64,000 nucleotides of DNA from Eledone cirrhosa (Eukaryota). Positions within the stretch are counted from its first letter, which is position 1; each line of letters opens with the position of its first letter. Location of the stretch: contig OZ024743.1 of assembly GCA_964016885.1 (NCBI GenBank), forward strand, positions 35,650,001 through 35,714,000. Reading direction: 5' to 3'. The translations under genes and the position numbers were made by a program. The notes under the pieces were generated by a model. The model ran no database searches. It was given only the letters and a program-made list of their open reading frames with translations, and was not told the DNA's origin. This document shows, piece by piece, positions 15,001-30,170 of the stretch.

Positions 15001-16669
15001 ACCTGTAAGATATAGAAACACTACACTGTATCATTACTATACTGTGAAGACCTTTGAGATATAGAAACACTACACTGTATCATTACTATACTGTGAAGAC
15101 CTGTAAGATATAGAAACACTACACTGTGTCATTACTATAATGTGAAGACCTGTAATATATAGAAACACTACACTGTGTCATTACTATAATGTGAAGACCT
15201 GTAATATATAGAAACACTACACTGTGTCATTACTATACTGTGAAGACCTGTAAGATATAGAAACACTACACTGTGTCATTACTATACTGTGAAGACCTGT
15301 AAGACATAGAAACACTACACTGTATCATTACTATACTGTGAAGACCTGTAAGATATAGAAACACTACACTGTGTCATTACTATACTGTGAAGACCTGTAA
15401 GATATAGAAACACTACACTGTGTTATTACTATACTGTGAAGACCTGTAAGATATAGAAACACTACACTGTGTCATTACTATACTGTGAAGACCTGTAAGA
15501 TATAGAAACACTACACTGTGTCATTACTATAATGTGAAGACCTGTAAGATATAGAAACACTACACTGTGTCATTACTATACTGTGAAGACCTGTAAGATA
15601 TAGAAACACTACACTGTGTCATTACTATAATGTGAAGACCTGTAAGATATAGAAACACTACACTGTGTCATTACTATACTGTGAAGACCTGTAATATATA
15701 GAAACACTACACTGTGTCATTACTATACTCTGAAGACCTGTAAGATATAGAAACACTACACTGTGTCATTACTATACGCTGAAGACCTATAATATATAGA
15801 AACACTACACTGTATCATTACGATACTGTGAAGACCTGTAATATATAGAAACACTACACTGTATCATTACTATACTCTGAAGACCTGTAATATATAGAAA
15901 CACTACACTTTGTCATTACTATACTGTGAAGAACTGTAAGATATAGAAACACTACACTGTGTCATTACTATACTCTGAAGACCTGTAATATATAGAAACA
16001 CTACACTTTGTCATTACTATACTGTGAAGACCTGTAAGATATAGAAACACTACACTGTGTCATTACTATACTCTGAAGACCTGTAAGGTATAGAAACACT
16101 ACACTGTATCATTACTATACTGTGAAGACCTGTAAGATATAGAAACACTACACTGTGTCATTACTATACTGTGAAGACCTGTAAGATATAGAAACACTAC
16201 ACTGTGTCATTACTGTACTGTCAAGAACTATGATATATAGAAACACTACACTGTGTCATTACTATACTGTAGAGACCTGTAAGATATAGAAACACTACAC
16301 AGTGTCATTACTATACTCTAAAGACCTGTAAGACATACAAAAAAATTCACTGTATCATTACTATACTGTGAAGACCTGTAAAATATAGAAACACTACACT
16401 GTGTCATTACTATACTGTGAAGACCTGTAAGATATAGAAACACTACACTGTATCATTACTATACTGTGAAGACCTGTAAGATATAGAAACACTACACTGT
16501 GTCATTACTATACTGTGAAGACCTGTAGTATATAGAAACACTACACTGCGTCATTACTATACTGTGAAGACCTGTAAGATATAGAAACACTACACTGTGT
16601 CATTACTATACTCTGAAGACCTGTAAGATATAGAAACACTACACTGTATCATTACTATACTGTGAAGAC

Positions 16670-19600
16670 CTGTAAGATATAGAAACACTACACAGTGTCA
16701 TTACTATACTCTGAAGACCTGTAAGATATAGAAACACTACACTGTGTCATTACTATACTGTGAAGACCTGTAAGATATAGAAACACTACACTGTGTCATT
16801 ACTATACTGTGAAGACCTGTAGGATATAGAAACACTACACTGTGTCATTACTATACTGTGAAGAACTATGATATATAGAAACACTACACTGTGTCATTAC
16901 TATACTGTAGAGACCTGTAAGATATAGAAACACTACACTGTGTCATTACTATACTGTGAAGACCTGTAATATATAGAAACACCACACTGTGTCATTACTA
17001 TACTCTGAAGACCTGTAAGATATAGAAACATTACACTGTGTCATTACTATACTCTGAAGACCTGTAAGATATAAAAACACTACACTGTGTCATTACTATA
17101 CTCTGAAGACCTGTAATATATAGAAACACCACACTGTGTCATTACTATACTCTGAAGACCTGTAAGATATAGAAACATTACACTGTGTCATTACTATACT
17201 CTGAAGACCTGTAAGATATAAAAACACTACACTGTGTCATTACTATACTCTGAAGACCTGTAATATATAGAAACACCACACTGTGTCATTACTATACTCT
17301 GAAGACCTGTAAGATATAGAAACATTACACTGTGTCATTACTATACTCTGAAGACTTGTAAGATATAAAAACACTACACTGTGTCATTACTATACTGTGA
17401 AGACCTATAATATATAGAAACACTACACTGTGTCATTACTATACTCTGAAGACCTGTAAGATATAGAAACACTACACTGTGTCATTACTATACTGTAAAG
17501 ACCTGTAAGATATAGAAACACTACACTGTATCATTACTATACTGTGAGGACCTGTAAGATATAGAAACACTACACTGTGTCATTACTATACTCTGAAGAC
17601 CTGTAAGATATAGAAACACTAAACTGTGTCATTACTATACTGTGAAGACCTGTAAGATATAGAAACACTACACTGTATCATTACTATACTGTGAAGACGT
17701 GTAAGATATAGAAACACTACACTGTGTCATTACTATACTCTGAAGACCTGTAAGATATAGAAACACTACACTGTGTCATTACTATACTGTGAAGACCTGT
17801 AAGATATAGAAACACTACACTGTGTCATTACTATACTGTGAAGACCTGTAAGATATAGAAACACTACAATGTATCATTACTATACACTGAAGACCTGTAA
17901 GATATAGAAACACTACACTGTGTCATTACTATACTCTGAAGACTTGTAAGATATAGAAACACTACACTGTGTCATTACTATACTGTGAAGACCTGTAAGA
18001 TATAGAAACACTACACTGTGTCATTACTATAGTGTGAAGACCTGTAAGATATAGAAACACTACACTGTGTCATTACTATACTGTGAAGACCTGTAAGATA
18101 TAGAAACACTACACTGTGTCATTACTATACTCTGAAGACCTGTAAGACATATAAACACTACAATGTGTCATTACTAAACTGTGAAGACCTGTAAAATATA
18201 GAAACACTACACTGTGTCATTACTATTCTGTGAAGACCTGTAAGATATAGAAACACTACACTGTGTCATTACTATACTGTGAAGAACTGTAAGATATAGA
18301 AACACTACACTGTATCATTACTATACTGTGAAGAACTGTAATATATGGAAACACTACACTGTATCATTACTATACTGTGAAGACCTGTAATATATGGAAA
18401 CACTACACTGTATCATTACTATACTGTGAAGACCTGTAATATATGGAAACACTACACTGTATCATTACTATACTCTGAAGACCTGTAATATATAGAAACA
18501 CTAAACTGTGTCATTACTATACTGTGAAGACCTGTAATATATAGAAACACTACACTGTATCATTACTATACTGTAAAGACCTGTAATATATAGAAACACT
18601 ACACTGTATCATTACTATACTGTGAAGACCTGTAAAATATAGAAACACTACACTGTGTCATTACTATACTGTGAAGACCTGTAATATATGGAAACACTAC
18701 ACTGTATCATTACTATACTATGAAGACCTGTAAAATATAGAAACACTACACTGTGTCATTACTATTCTGTGAAGACCTGTAAGATATAGAAACACTACAC
18801 TGTGTCATTACTATACTGTGAAGACCTGTAAGATATAGAAACACTACACTGTATCATTACTATACTGTGAAGAACTGTAATATATGGAAACACTACACTG
18901 TATCATTACTATACTGTGAAGACCTGTATTATATGGAAACACTACACTGTATCATTACTATACTGTGAAGACCTGTAATATATGGAAACACTACACTGTA
19001 TCATTACTATACTCTGAAGACCTGTAATATATAGAAACACTAAACTGTGTCATTACTATACTGTGAAGACCTGTAATATATAGAAACACTACACTGTATC
19101 ATTACTATACTGTAAAGACCTGTAATATATAGAAACACTACACTGTATCATTACTATACTGTGAAGACCTGTAAAATATAGAAACACTACACTGTGTCAT
19201 TACTATACTGTGAAGACCTGTAAGATACAGAAACACTGCACTGTGTCATTACTATACTCTGAAGACCTGTAAGATATAGAAACACTGCACTGTGTCATGA
19301 CTATATTCTGAAGACCTGTAAGACATAGAAACACTACACTGTGTCATTACTATACTGTGAAGACCTGTAAGATATAGAAACACTACACTGTGTCATTACT
19401 ATTCTGTGAAGACCTGTAAGATATAGAAACACTACACTGTGTCATTACTATACTGTGATGACCTGTAAGATATAGAAACACTACACTGTGTCATTACTAT
19501 ACGCTGAAGACATGTAAGATATAGAAACACTACACTGTGTCATTACTATACTGTGATGACCTGTAAGATATAGAAACACTACACTGTGTCATTACTATAC

Positions 19601-22600
19601 TGTGAAGACCTGTAAGATATAGAAACACTACACTGTGTCATTACTATACTGTGAAGACCTGTAAGATATAGAAACACTACACTGTGTCATTACGATACAC
19701 TGAAGACCTGTAAGATATAGAAACACTACACTGTGTCATTACTATAGTGTGAAGACCTGTAAGATATAGAAACACTACACTGTGTCATTACTATACTCTG
19801 AAGACATGTAAGATATAGAAACACTACACTGTGTCGTTACTATACTGTGATGACCTGTAAGATATAGAAACACTACACTGTATCATTACTATACTCTGAA
19901 GACCTATAATATATAGAAACACTACACTGCGTCATTACTATACTGTGAAGACCTGTAAGATATAGAAACACTACACTGTATCATTACTATATTCTGAAGA
20001 CCTGTAAGATATAGAAACACTACACTGTATCATTACTATATTCTGAAGACCTGTAAGATATAGAAACACTACACTGTATCATTACTATATTCTGAAGACC
20101 TGTAAGATATAGAAACACTGCACTCCGTCATTACTATACTGTGAAGACCTGTAATATATAGAAACACCACACTGTGTCATTACTATACTGTGAAGACCTG
20201 TAATATATAGAAACACTACACAGTGTCATTACTATACTCCGAAGACCTGTAAGATATAGAAACACTACACTGTGTCATTACTATACCGTGAAGACCTGTA
20301 ATATATAGAAACACTACACAGTGTCATTACTATACTCCGAAGACCTGTAAGATATAGAAACACTACACTGTGTCATTACTATACTGTGAAGACCTGTAAT
20401 ATATAGAAACACTACACAGTGTCATTAATATACTGTGAAGACCTGTAATATATAGAAACACTACACTGTGTCATTACTATACCGTGAAGACCTGTAATAT
20501 ATAGAAACACTACACAGTGTCATTACTATACTCCGAAGACCTGTAAGATATAGAAACACTACACTGTGTCATTACTATATTGTGAAGACCTGTAATATAT
20601 AGAAACACTACACTGTGTCATTACTATACTCCGAAGACCTGTAAGATATAGAAACACTACACTGTGTCATTACTATACCGTGAAGACCTGTAATATATAG
20701 AAACACTACACTGTGTCATTACTATACTGTGAAGACCTGTAAGATATAGAAACACAACACTGTGTCATTACTATACTCTGAAGACCTGTCAGATATAGAA
20801 ACACTACACTGTGTCATTACTATACTCTGAAGACCTGTCAGATATAGAAACACTACACTGTGTCATTACTATACTGTGAAGACCTGTAAGATATAGAAAC
20901 ACTACACTGTGTCATTACTATACTCTGAAGACCTGTCAGATATAGAAACACTACACTGTGTCATTACTATACTCTGAAGACCTGTAAGATATAGAAACAC
21001 TACACTGTATCATTACTATACTGTGAAGACCTATAATATATAGAAACACTACACTGTATCATTACTATACTGTGAAGACATGTAATATATAGAAACACTA
21101 CACTGTATCATTACTATATTGTGAAGACCTGTAAGATATAGAAACATTACACTGTGTCATTACTATAATGTGAAGACCTGTAAGTTATAGAAACACCACA
21201 CTGTGTCATTACTATACACTGAAGACCTGTAATATATGGAAACACTACACTGTATCATTACTATACTCTGAAGGCCTGTAAGATATAGAAACACTACACA
21301 GTGTCATTACTATACTCTGAAGACCTGTAAGATATAGAAACACTACACTGTGTCATTACTATACTGTGAAGACCTGTAAGATATAGAAACACTACACTGT
21401 GTCATTACTATACTGTGAAGACCTGTAGGATATAGAAACACTACACTGTGTCATTACTATACTGTGAAGAACTATGATATATAGAAACACTACACTGTGT
21501 CATTACTATACTGTAGAGACCTGTAAGATATAGAAACACTACACTGTGTCATTACTATACTGTGAAGACCTGTAATATATAGAAACACCACACTGTGTCA
21601 TTACTATACTCTGAAGACCTGTAAGATATAGAAACATTACACTGTGTCATTACTATACTCTGAAGACCTGTAAGATATAAAAACACTACACTGTGTCATT
21701 ACTATACTCTGAAGACCTGTAATATATAGAAACACCACACTGTGTCATTACTATACTCTGAAGACCTGTAAGATATAGAAACATTACACTGTGTCATTAC
21801 TATACTCTGAAGACCTGTAAGATATAAAAACACTACACTGTGTCATTACTATACTCTGAAGACCTGTAATATATAGAAACACCACACTGTGTCATTACTA
21901 TACTCTGAAGACCTGTAAGATATAGAAACATTACACTGTGTCATTACTATACTCTGAAGACTTGTAAGATATAAAAACACTACACTGTGTCATTACTATA
22001 CTGTGAAGACCTATAATATATAGAAACACTACACTGTGTCATTACTATACTCTGAAGACCTGTAAGATATAGAAACACTACACTGTGTCATTACTATACT
22101 GTAAAGACCTGTAAGATATAGAAACACTACACTGTATCATTACTATACTGTGAGGACCTGTAAGATATAGAAACACTACACTGTGTCATTACTATACTCT
22201 GAAGACCTGTAAGATATAGAAACACTAAACTGTGTCATTACTATACTGTGAAGACCTGTAAGATATAGAAACACTACACTGTATCATTACTATACTGTGA
22301 AGACGTGTAAGATATAGAAACACTACACTGTGTCATTACTATACTCTGAAGACCTGTAAGATATAGAAACACTACACTGTGTCATTACTATACTGTGAAG
22401 ACCTGTAAGATATAGAAACACTACACTGTGTCATTACTATACTGTGAAGACCTGTAAGATATAGAAACACTACAATGTATCATTACTATACACTGAAGAC
22501 CTGTAAGATATAGAAACACTACACTGTGTCATTACTATACTCTGAAGACTTGTAAGATATAGAAACACTACACTGTGTCATTACTATACTGTGAAGACCT

Positions 22601-25600
22601 GTAAGATATAGAAACACTACACTGTGTCATTACTATAGTGTGAAGACCTGTAAGATATAGAAACACTACACTGTGTCATTACTATACTGTGAAGACCTGT
22701 AAGATATAGAAACACTACACTGTGTCATTACTATACTCTGAAGACCTGTAAGACATATAAACACTACAATGTGTCATTACTAAACTGTGAAGACCTGTAA
22801 AATATAGAAACACTACACTGTGTCATTACTATTCTGTGAAGACCTGTAAGATATAGAAACACTACACTGTGTCATTACTATACTGTGAAGACCTGTAAGA
22901 TATAGAAACACTACACTGTATCATTACTATACTGTGAAGAACTGTAATATATGGAAACACTACACTGTATCATTACTATACTGTGAAGACCTGTAATATA
23001 TGGAAACACTACACTGTATCATTACTATACTGTGAAGACCTGTAATATATGGAAACACTACACTGTATCATTACTATACTCTGAAGACCTGTAATATATA
23101 GAAACACTAAACTGTGTCATTACTATACTGTGAAGACCTGTAATATATAGAAACACTACACTGTATCATTACTATACTGTAAAGACCTGTAATATATAGA
23201 AACACTACACTGTATCATTACTATACTGTGAAGACCTGTAAAATATAGAAACACTACACTGTGTCATTACTATACTGTGAAGACCTGTAATATATGGAAA
23301 CACTACACTGTATCATTACTATACTATGAAGACCTGTAAAATATAGAAACACTACACTGTGTCATTACTATTCTGTGAAGACCTGTAAGATATAGAAACA
23401 CTACACTGTGTCATTACTATACTGTGAAGACCTGTAAGATATAGAAACACTACACTGTATCATTACTATACTGTGAAGAACTGTAATATATGGAAACACT
23501 ACACTGTATCATTACTATACTGTGAAGACCTGTATTATATGGAAACACTACACTGTATCATTACTATACTGTGAAGACCTGTAATATATGGAAACACTAC
23601 ACTGTATCATTACTATACTCTGAAGACCTGTAATATATAGAAACACTAAACTGTGTCATTACTATACTGTGAAGACCTGTAATATATAGAAACACTACAC
23701 TGTATCATTACTATACTGTAAAGACCTGTAATATATAGAAACACTACACTGTATCATTACTATACTGTGAAGACCTGTAAAATATAGAAACACTACACTG
23801 TGTCATTACTATTCTGTGAAGACCTGTAAGATATAGAAACACTACACTGTGTCATTACTATTCTGTGAAGACCTGTAAGATATAGAAACACTACACTGTG
23901 TCATTACTATACTGTGAAGACCTGTAAGATATAGAAACACTACACTGTGTCATTACTATACTGTGAAGACCTGTAAGATACAGAAACACTGCACTGTGTC
24001 ATTACTATACTCTGAAGACCTGTAAGATATAGAAACACTGCACTGTGTCATGACTATATTCTGAAGACCTGTAAGACATAGAAACACTACACTGTGTCAT
24101 TACTATACTGTGAAGACCTGTAAGATATAGAAACACTACACTGTGTCATTACTATTCTGTGAAGACCTGTAAGATATAGAAACACTACACTGTGTCATTA
24201 CTATACTGTGATGACCTGTAAGATATAGAAACACTACACTGTGTCATTACTATACGCTGAAGACATGTAAGATATAGAAACACTACACTGTGTCATTACT
24301 ATACTGTGATGACCTGTAAGATATAGAAACACTACACTGTGTCATTACTATACTGTGAAGACCTGTAAGATATAGAAACACTACACTGTGTCATTACTAT
24401 ACTGTGAAGACCTGTAAGATATAGAAACACTACACTGTGTCATTACGATACACTGAAGACCTGTAAGATATAGAAACACTACACTGTGTCATTACTATAG
24501 TGTGAAGACCTGTAAGATATAGAAACACTACACTGTGTCATTACTATACTCTGAAGACCTATAATATATAGAAACACTACACTGCGTCATTACTATACTG
24601 TGAAGACCTGTAAGATATAGAAACACTACACTGTGTCATTACTATACTGTGATGACCTGTAAGATATAGAAACACTACACTGTATCATTACTATACTCTG
24701 AAGACCTATAATATATAGAAACACTACACTGTATCATTACTATATTCTGAAGACCTGTAAGATATAGAAACACTGCACTGCGTCATTACTATACTGTGAA
24801 GACCTGTAATATATAGAAACACCACACTGTGTCATTACTATACTGTGAAGACCTGTAATATATAGAAACACTACACAGTGTCATTACTATACTCCGAAGA
24901 CCTGTAAGATATAGAAACACTACACTGTGTCATTACTATACCGTGAAGACCTGTAATATATAGAAACACTACACAGTGTCATTACTATACTCCGAAGACC
25001 TGTAAGATATAGAAACACTACACTGTGTCATTACTATACTGTGAAGACCTGTAATATATAGAAACACTACACAGTGTCATTAATATACTGTGAAGACCTG
25101 TAATATATAGAAACACTACACTGTGTCATTACTATACCGTGAAGACCTGTAATATATAGAAACACTACACAGTGTCATTACTATACTCCGAAGACCTGTA
25201 AGATATAGAAACACTACACTGTGTCATTACTATATTGTGAAGACCTGTAATATATAGAAACACTACACTGTGTCATTACTATACTCCGAAGACCTGTAAG
25301 ATATAGAAACACTACACTGTGTCATTACTATACCGTGAAGACCTGTAATATATAGAAACACTACACTGTGTCATTACTATACTGTGAAGACCTGTAAGAT
25401 ATAGAAACACTACACTGTGTCATTACTATACTCTGAAGACCTGTCAGATATAGAAACACTACACTGTGTCATTACTATACTCTGAAGACCTGTCAGATAT
25501 AGAAACACTACACTGTGTCATTACTATACTGTGAAGACCTGTAAGATATAGAAACACTACACTGTGTCATTACTATACTCTGAAGACCTGTCAGATATAG

Positions 25601-25930
25601 AAACACTACACTGTGTCATTACTATACTCTGAAGACCTGTAAGATATAGAAACACTACACTGTATCATTACTATACTGTGAAGACCTATAATATATAGAA
25701 ACACTACACTGTATCATTACTATACTGTGAAGACATGTAATATATAGAAACACTACACTGTATCATTACTATATTGTGAAGACCTGTAAGATATAGAAAC
25801 ATTACACTGTGTCATTACTATAATGTGAAGACCTGTAAGTTATAGAAACACCACACTGTGTCATTACTATACACTGAAGACCTGTAATATATGGAAACAC
25901 TACACTGTATCATTACTATACTCTGAAGGC
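16670..25930. repeat. Higher-order tandem duplication, period about 4606-4753 bp (94-97 monomers), junction near 21280
   Basis: GACATATAAACACTACAATG lies at 18146 and 22752 (4606 = 94x49). AAGGCC lies at 21271 and 25926 (95x49). The GATACAG variant lies near 19228 and 23981 (97x49). Confidence 0.88.
18189..19210. repeat. 11-monomer (539-bp) local duplication rich in the TATATGG variant
   Basis: GTAAAATATAG...ATTCTGTG lies at 18191 and 18730, and CTAAACTG at 18501 and 19040 (both offsets 539 = 11x49). The block is re-copied near 22.8-23.8 kb and 26.5-27.4 kb. Confidence 0.87.
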
Positions 25931-28900
25931 CTGTAATATATAGAAACACTACACTGTGTCATTACTATACTCTGAAGACCTATAATATATAGAAACAGCA
26001 CACTGTATCATTACTATACTGTGAAGACCTATAATATATAGAAACACTACACTGTGTCATTACTATACTCTGAAGACCTATAATATATAGAAACAGCACA
26101 CTGTATCATTACTATACTGTGAAGACCTATAATATATAGAAACACTACACTATGTCATTACTATACTGTGAAGACCTGTAATTTATAGAAACACTACACT
26201 GGTTCATTACTATACTGTGAAGACATGTAATATATAGAAACACTACACTGGATCATTACTATACTGTGAAGACCTGTAAGATATAGAAACACTACACTGT
26301 ATCATTACTATACTCTGAAGACCTGTAATATATAGAAACACTACACAGTGTCATTACTATACTGTGAAGACCTGTAAGATATAGAAACAGTACACTGTAT
26401 CATTACTATACTCTGAAGACCTGTAAGATATAGAAACACTACACAGTGTCATTACTATACTCCGAAGGCCTGTAAGATATAGAAACACTACACTGTGTCA
26501 TTACTATACTGTGAAGACCTGTAAGATATAGAAACACTACACTGTATCATTACTATACTGTGAAGAACTGTAATATATGGAAACACTACACTGTATCATT
26601 ACTATACTGTGAAGACCTGTAATATATGGAAACACTACACTGTATCATTACTATACTGTGAAGACCTGTAATATATGGAAACACTACACTGTATCATTAC
26701 TATACTCTGAAGACCTGTAATATATAGAAACACTAAACTGTGTCATTACTATACTGTGAAGACCTGTAATATATAGAAACACTACACTGTATCATTACTA
26801 TACTGTAAAGACCTGTAATATATAGAAACACTACACTGTATCATTACTATACTGTGAAGACCTGTAAAATATAGAAACACTACACTGTGTCATTACTATA
26901 CTGTGAAGACCTGTAATATATGGAAACACTACACTGTATCATTACTATACTATGAAGACCTGTAAAATATAGAAACACTACACTGTGTCATTACTATTCT
27001 GTGAAGACCTGTAAGATATAGAAACACTACACTGTGTCATTACTATACTGTGAAGACCTGTAAGATATAGAAACACTACACTGTATCATTACTATACTGT
27101 GAAGAACTGTAATATATGGAAACACTACACTGTATCATTACTATACTGTGAAGACCTGTATTATATGGAAACACTACACTGTATCATTACTATACTGTGA
27201 AGACCTGTAATATATGGAAACACTACACTGTATCATTACTATACTCTGAAGACCTGTAATATATAGAAACACTAAACTGTGTCATTACTATACTGTGAAG
27301 ACCTGTAATATATAGAAACACTACACTGTATCATTACTATACTGTAAAGACCTGTAATATATAGAAACACTACACTGTATCATTACTATACTGTGAAGAC
27401 CTGTAAAATATAGAAACACTACACTGTGTCATTACTATTCTGTGAAGACCTGTAAGATATAGAAACACTACACTGTGTCATTACTATTCTGTGAAGACCT
27501 GTAAGATATAGAAACACTACACTGTGTCATTACTATACTGTGAAGACCTGTAAGATATAGAAACACTACACTGTGTCATTACTATACTGTGAAGACCTGT
27601 AAGATACAGAAACACTGCACTGTGTCATTACTATACTCTGAAGACCTGTAAGATATAGAAACACTGCACTGTGTCATGACTATATTCTGAAGACCTGTAA
27701 GACATAGAAACACTACACTGTGTCATTACTATACTGTGAAGACCTGTAAGATATAGAAACACTACACTGTGTCATTACTATTCTGTGAAGACCTGTAAGA
27801 TATAGAAACACTACACTGTGTCATTACTATACTGTGATGACCTGTAAGATATAGAAACACTACACTGTGTCATTACTATACGCTGAAGACATGTAAGATA
27901 TAGAAACACTACACTGTGTCATTACTATACTGTGATGACCTGTAAGATATAGAAACACTACACTGTGTCATTACTATACTGTGAAGACCTGTAAGATATA
28001 GAAACACTACACTGTGTCATTACTATACTGTGAAGACCTGTAAGATATAGAAACACTACACTGTGTCATTACGATACACTGAAGACCTGTAAGATATAGA
28101 AACACTACACTGTGTCATTACTATAGTGTGAAGACCTGTAAGATATAGAAACACTACACTGTGTCATTACTATACTCTGAAGACCTATAATATATAGAAA
28201 CACTACACTGCGTCATTACTATACTGTGAAGACCTGTAAGATATAGAAACACTACACTGTGTCATTACTATACTGTGATGACCTGTAAGATATAGAAACA
28301 CTACACTGTATCATTACTATACTCTGAAGACCTATAATATATAGAAACACTACACTGTATCATTACTATATTCTGAAGACCTGTAAGATATAGAAACACT
28401 GCACTGCGTCATTACTATACTGTGAAGACCTGTAATATATAGAAACACCACACTGTGTCATTACTATACTGTGAAGACCTGTAATATATAGAAACACTAC
28501 ACAGTGTCATTACTATACTCCGAAGACCTGTAAGATATAGAAACACTACACTGTGTCATTACTATACCGTGAAGACCTGTAATATATAGAAACACTACAC
28601 AGTGTCATTACTATACTCCGAAGACCTGTAAGATATAGAAACACTACACTGTGTCATTACTATACTGTGAAGACCTGTAATATATAGAAACACTACACAG
28701 TGTCATTAATATACTGTGAAGACCTGTAATATATAGAAACACTACACTGTGTCATTACTATACCGTGAAGACCTGTAATATATAGAAACACTACACAGTG
28801 TCATTACTATACTCCGAAGACCTGTAAGATATAGAAACACTACACTGTGTCATTACTATATTGTGAAGACCTGTAATATATAGAAACACTACACTGTGTC

Positions 28901-30170
28901 ATTACTATACTCCGAAGACCTGTAAGATATAGAAACACTACACTGTGTCATTACTATACCGTGAAGACCTGTAATATATAGAAACACTACACTGTGTCAT
29001 TACTATACTGTGAAGACCTGTAAGATATAGAAACACTACACTGTGTCATTACTATACTCTGAAGACCTGTCAGATATAGAAACACTACACTGTGTCATTA
29101 CTATACTCTGAAGACCTGTCAGATATAGAAACACTACACTGTGTCATTACTATACTGTGAAGACCTGTAAGATATAGAAACACTACACTGTGTCATTACT
29201 ATACTCTGAAGACCTGTCAGATATAGAAACACTACACTGTGTCATTACTATACTCTGAAGACCTGTAAGATATAGAAACACTACACTGTATCATTACTAT
29301 ACTGTGAAGACCTATAATATATAGAAACACTACACTGTATCATTACTATACTGTGAAGACATGTAATATATAGAAACACTACACTGTATCATTACTATAT
29401 TGTGAAGACCTGTAAGATATAGAAACATTACACTGTGTCATTACTATAATGTGAAGACCTGTAAGTTATAGAAACACCACACTGTGTCATTACTATACAC
29501 TGAAGACCTGTAATATATGGAAACACTACACTGTATCATTACTATACTCTGAAGGCCTGTAATATATAGAAACACTACACTGTGTCATTACTATACTCTG
29601 AAGACCTATAATATATAGAAACAGCACACTGTATCATTACTATACTGTGAAGACCTATAATATATAGAAACACTACACTGTGTCATTACTATACTCTGAA
29701 GACCTATAATATATAGAAACAGCACACTGTATCATTACTATACTGTGAAGACCTATAATATATAGAAACACTACACTATGTCATTACTATACTGTGAAGA
29801 CCTGTAATTTATAGAAACACTACACTGGTTCATTACTATACTGTGAAGACATGTAATATATAGAAACACTACACTGGATCATTACTATACTGTGAAGACC
29901 TGTAAGATATAGAAACACTACACTGTATCATTACTATACTCTGAAGACCTGTAATATATAGAAACACTACACAGTGTCATTACTATACTGTGAAGACCTG
30001 TAAGATATAGAAACACTACACTGTATCATTACTATACTCTGAAGACCTGTAAGATATAGAAACACTACACAGTGTCATTACTATACTCCGAAGGCCTGTA
30101 AGATATAGAAACACTACACTGTGTCATTACTATACTGTGAAGACCTGTAAGATATAGAAACACTACACTG
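22850..30170. repeat. Higher-order tandem duplication, period 3626 bp (74 monomers), junction near 26500
   Basis: GATACAG variant near 23981/27607, ACGATACACTG at 24445/28071 and TCCGAAGGCC at 26461/30087 are all offset by 3626 = 74x49. Confidence 0.92.
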
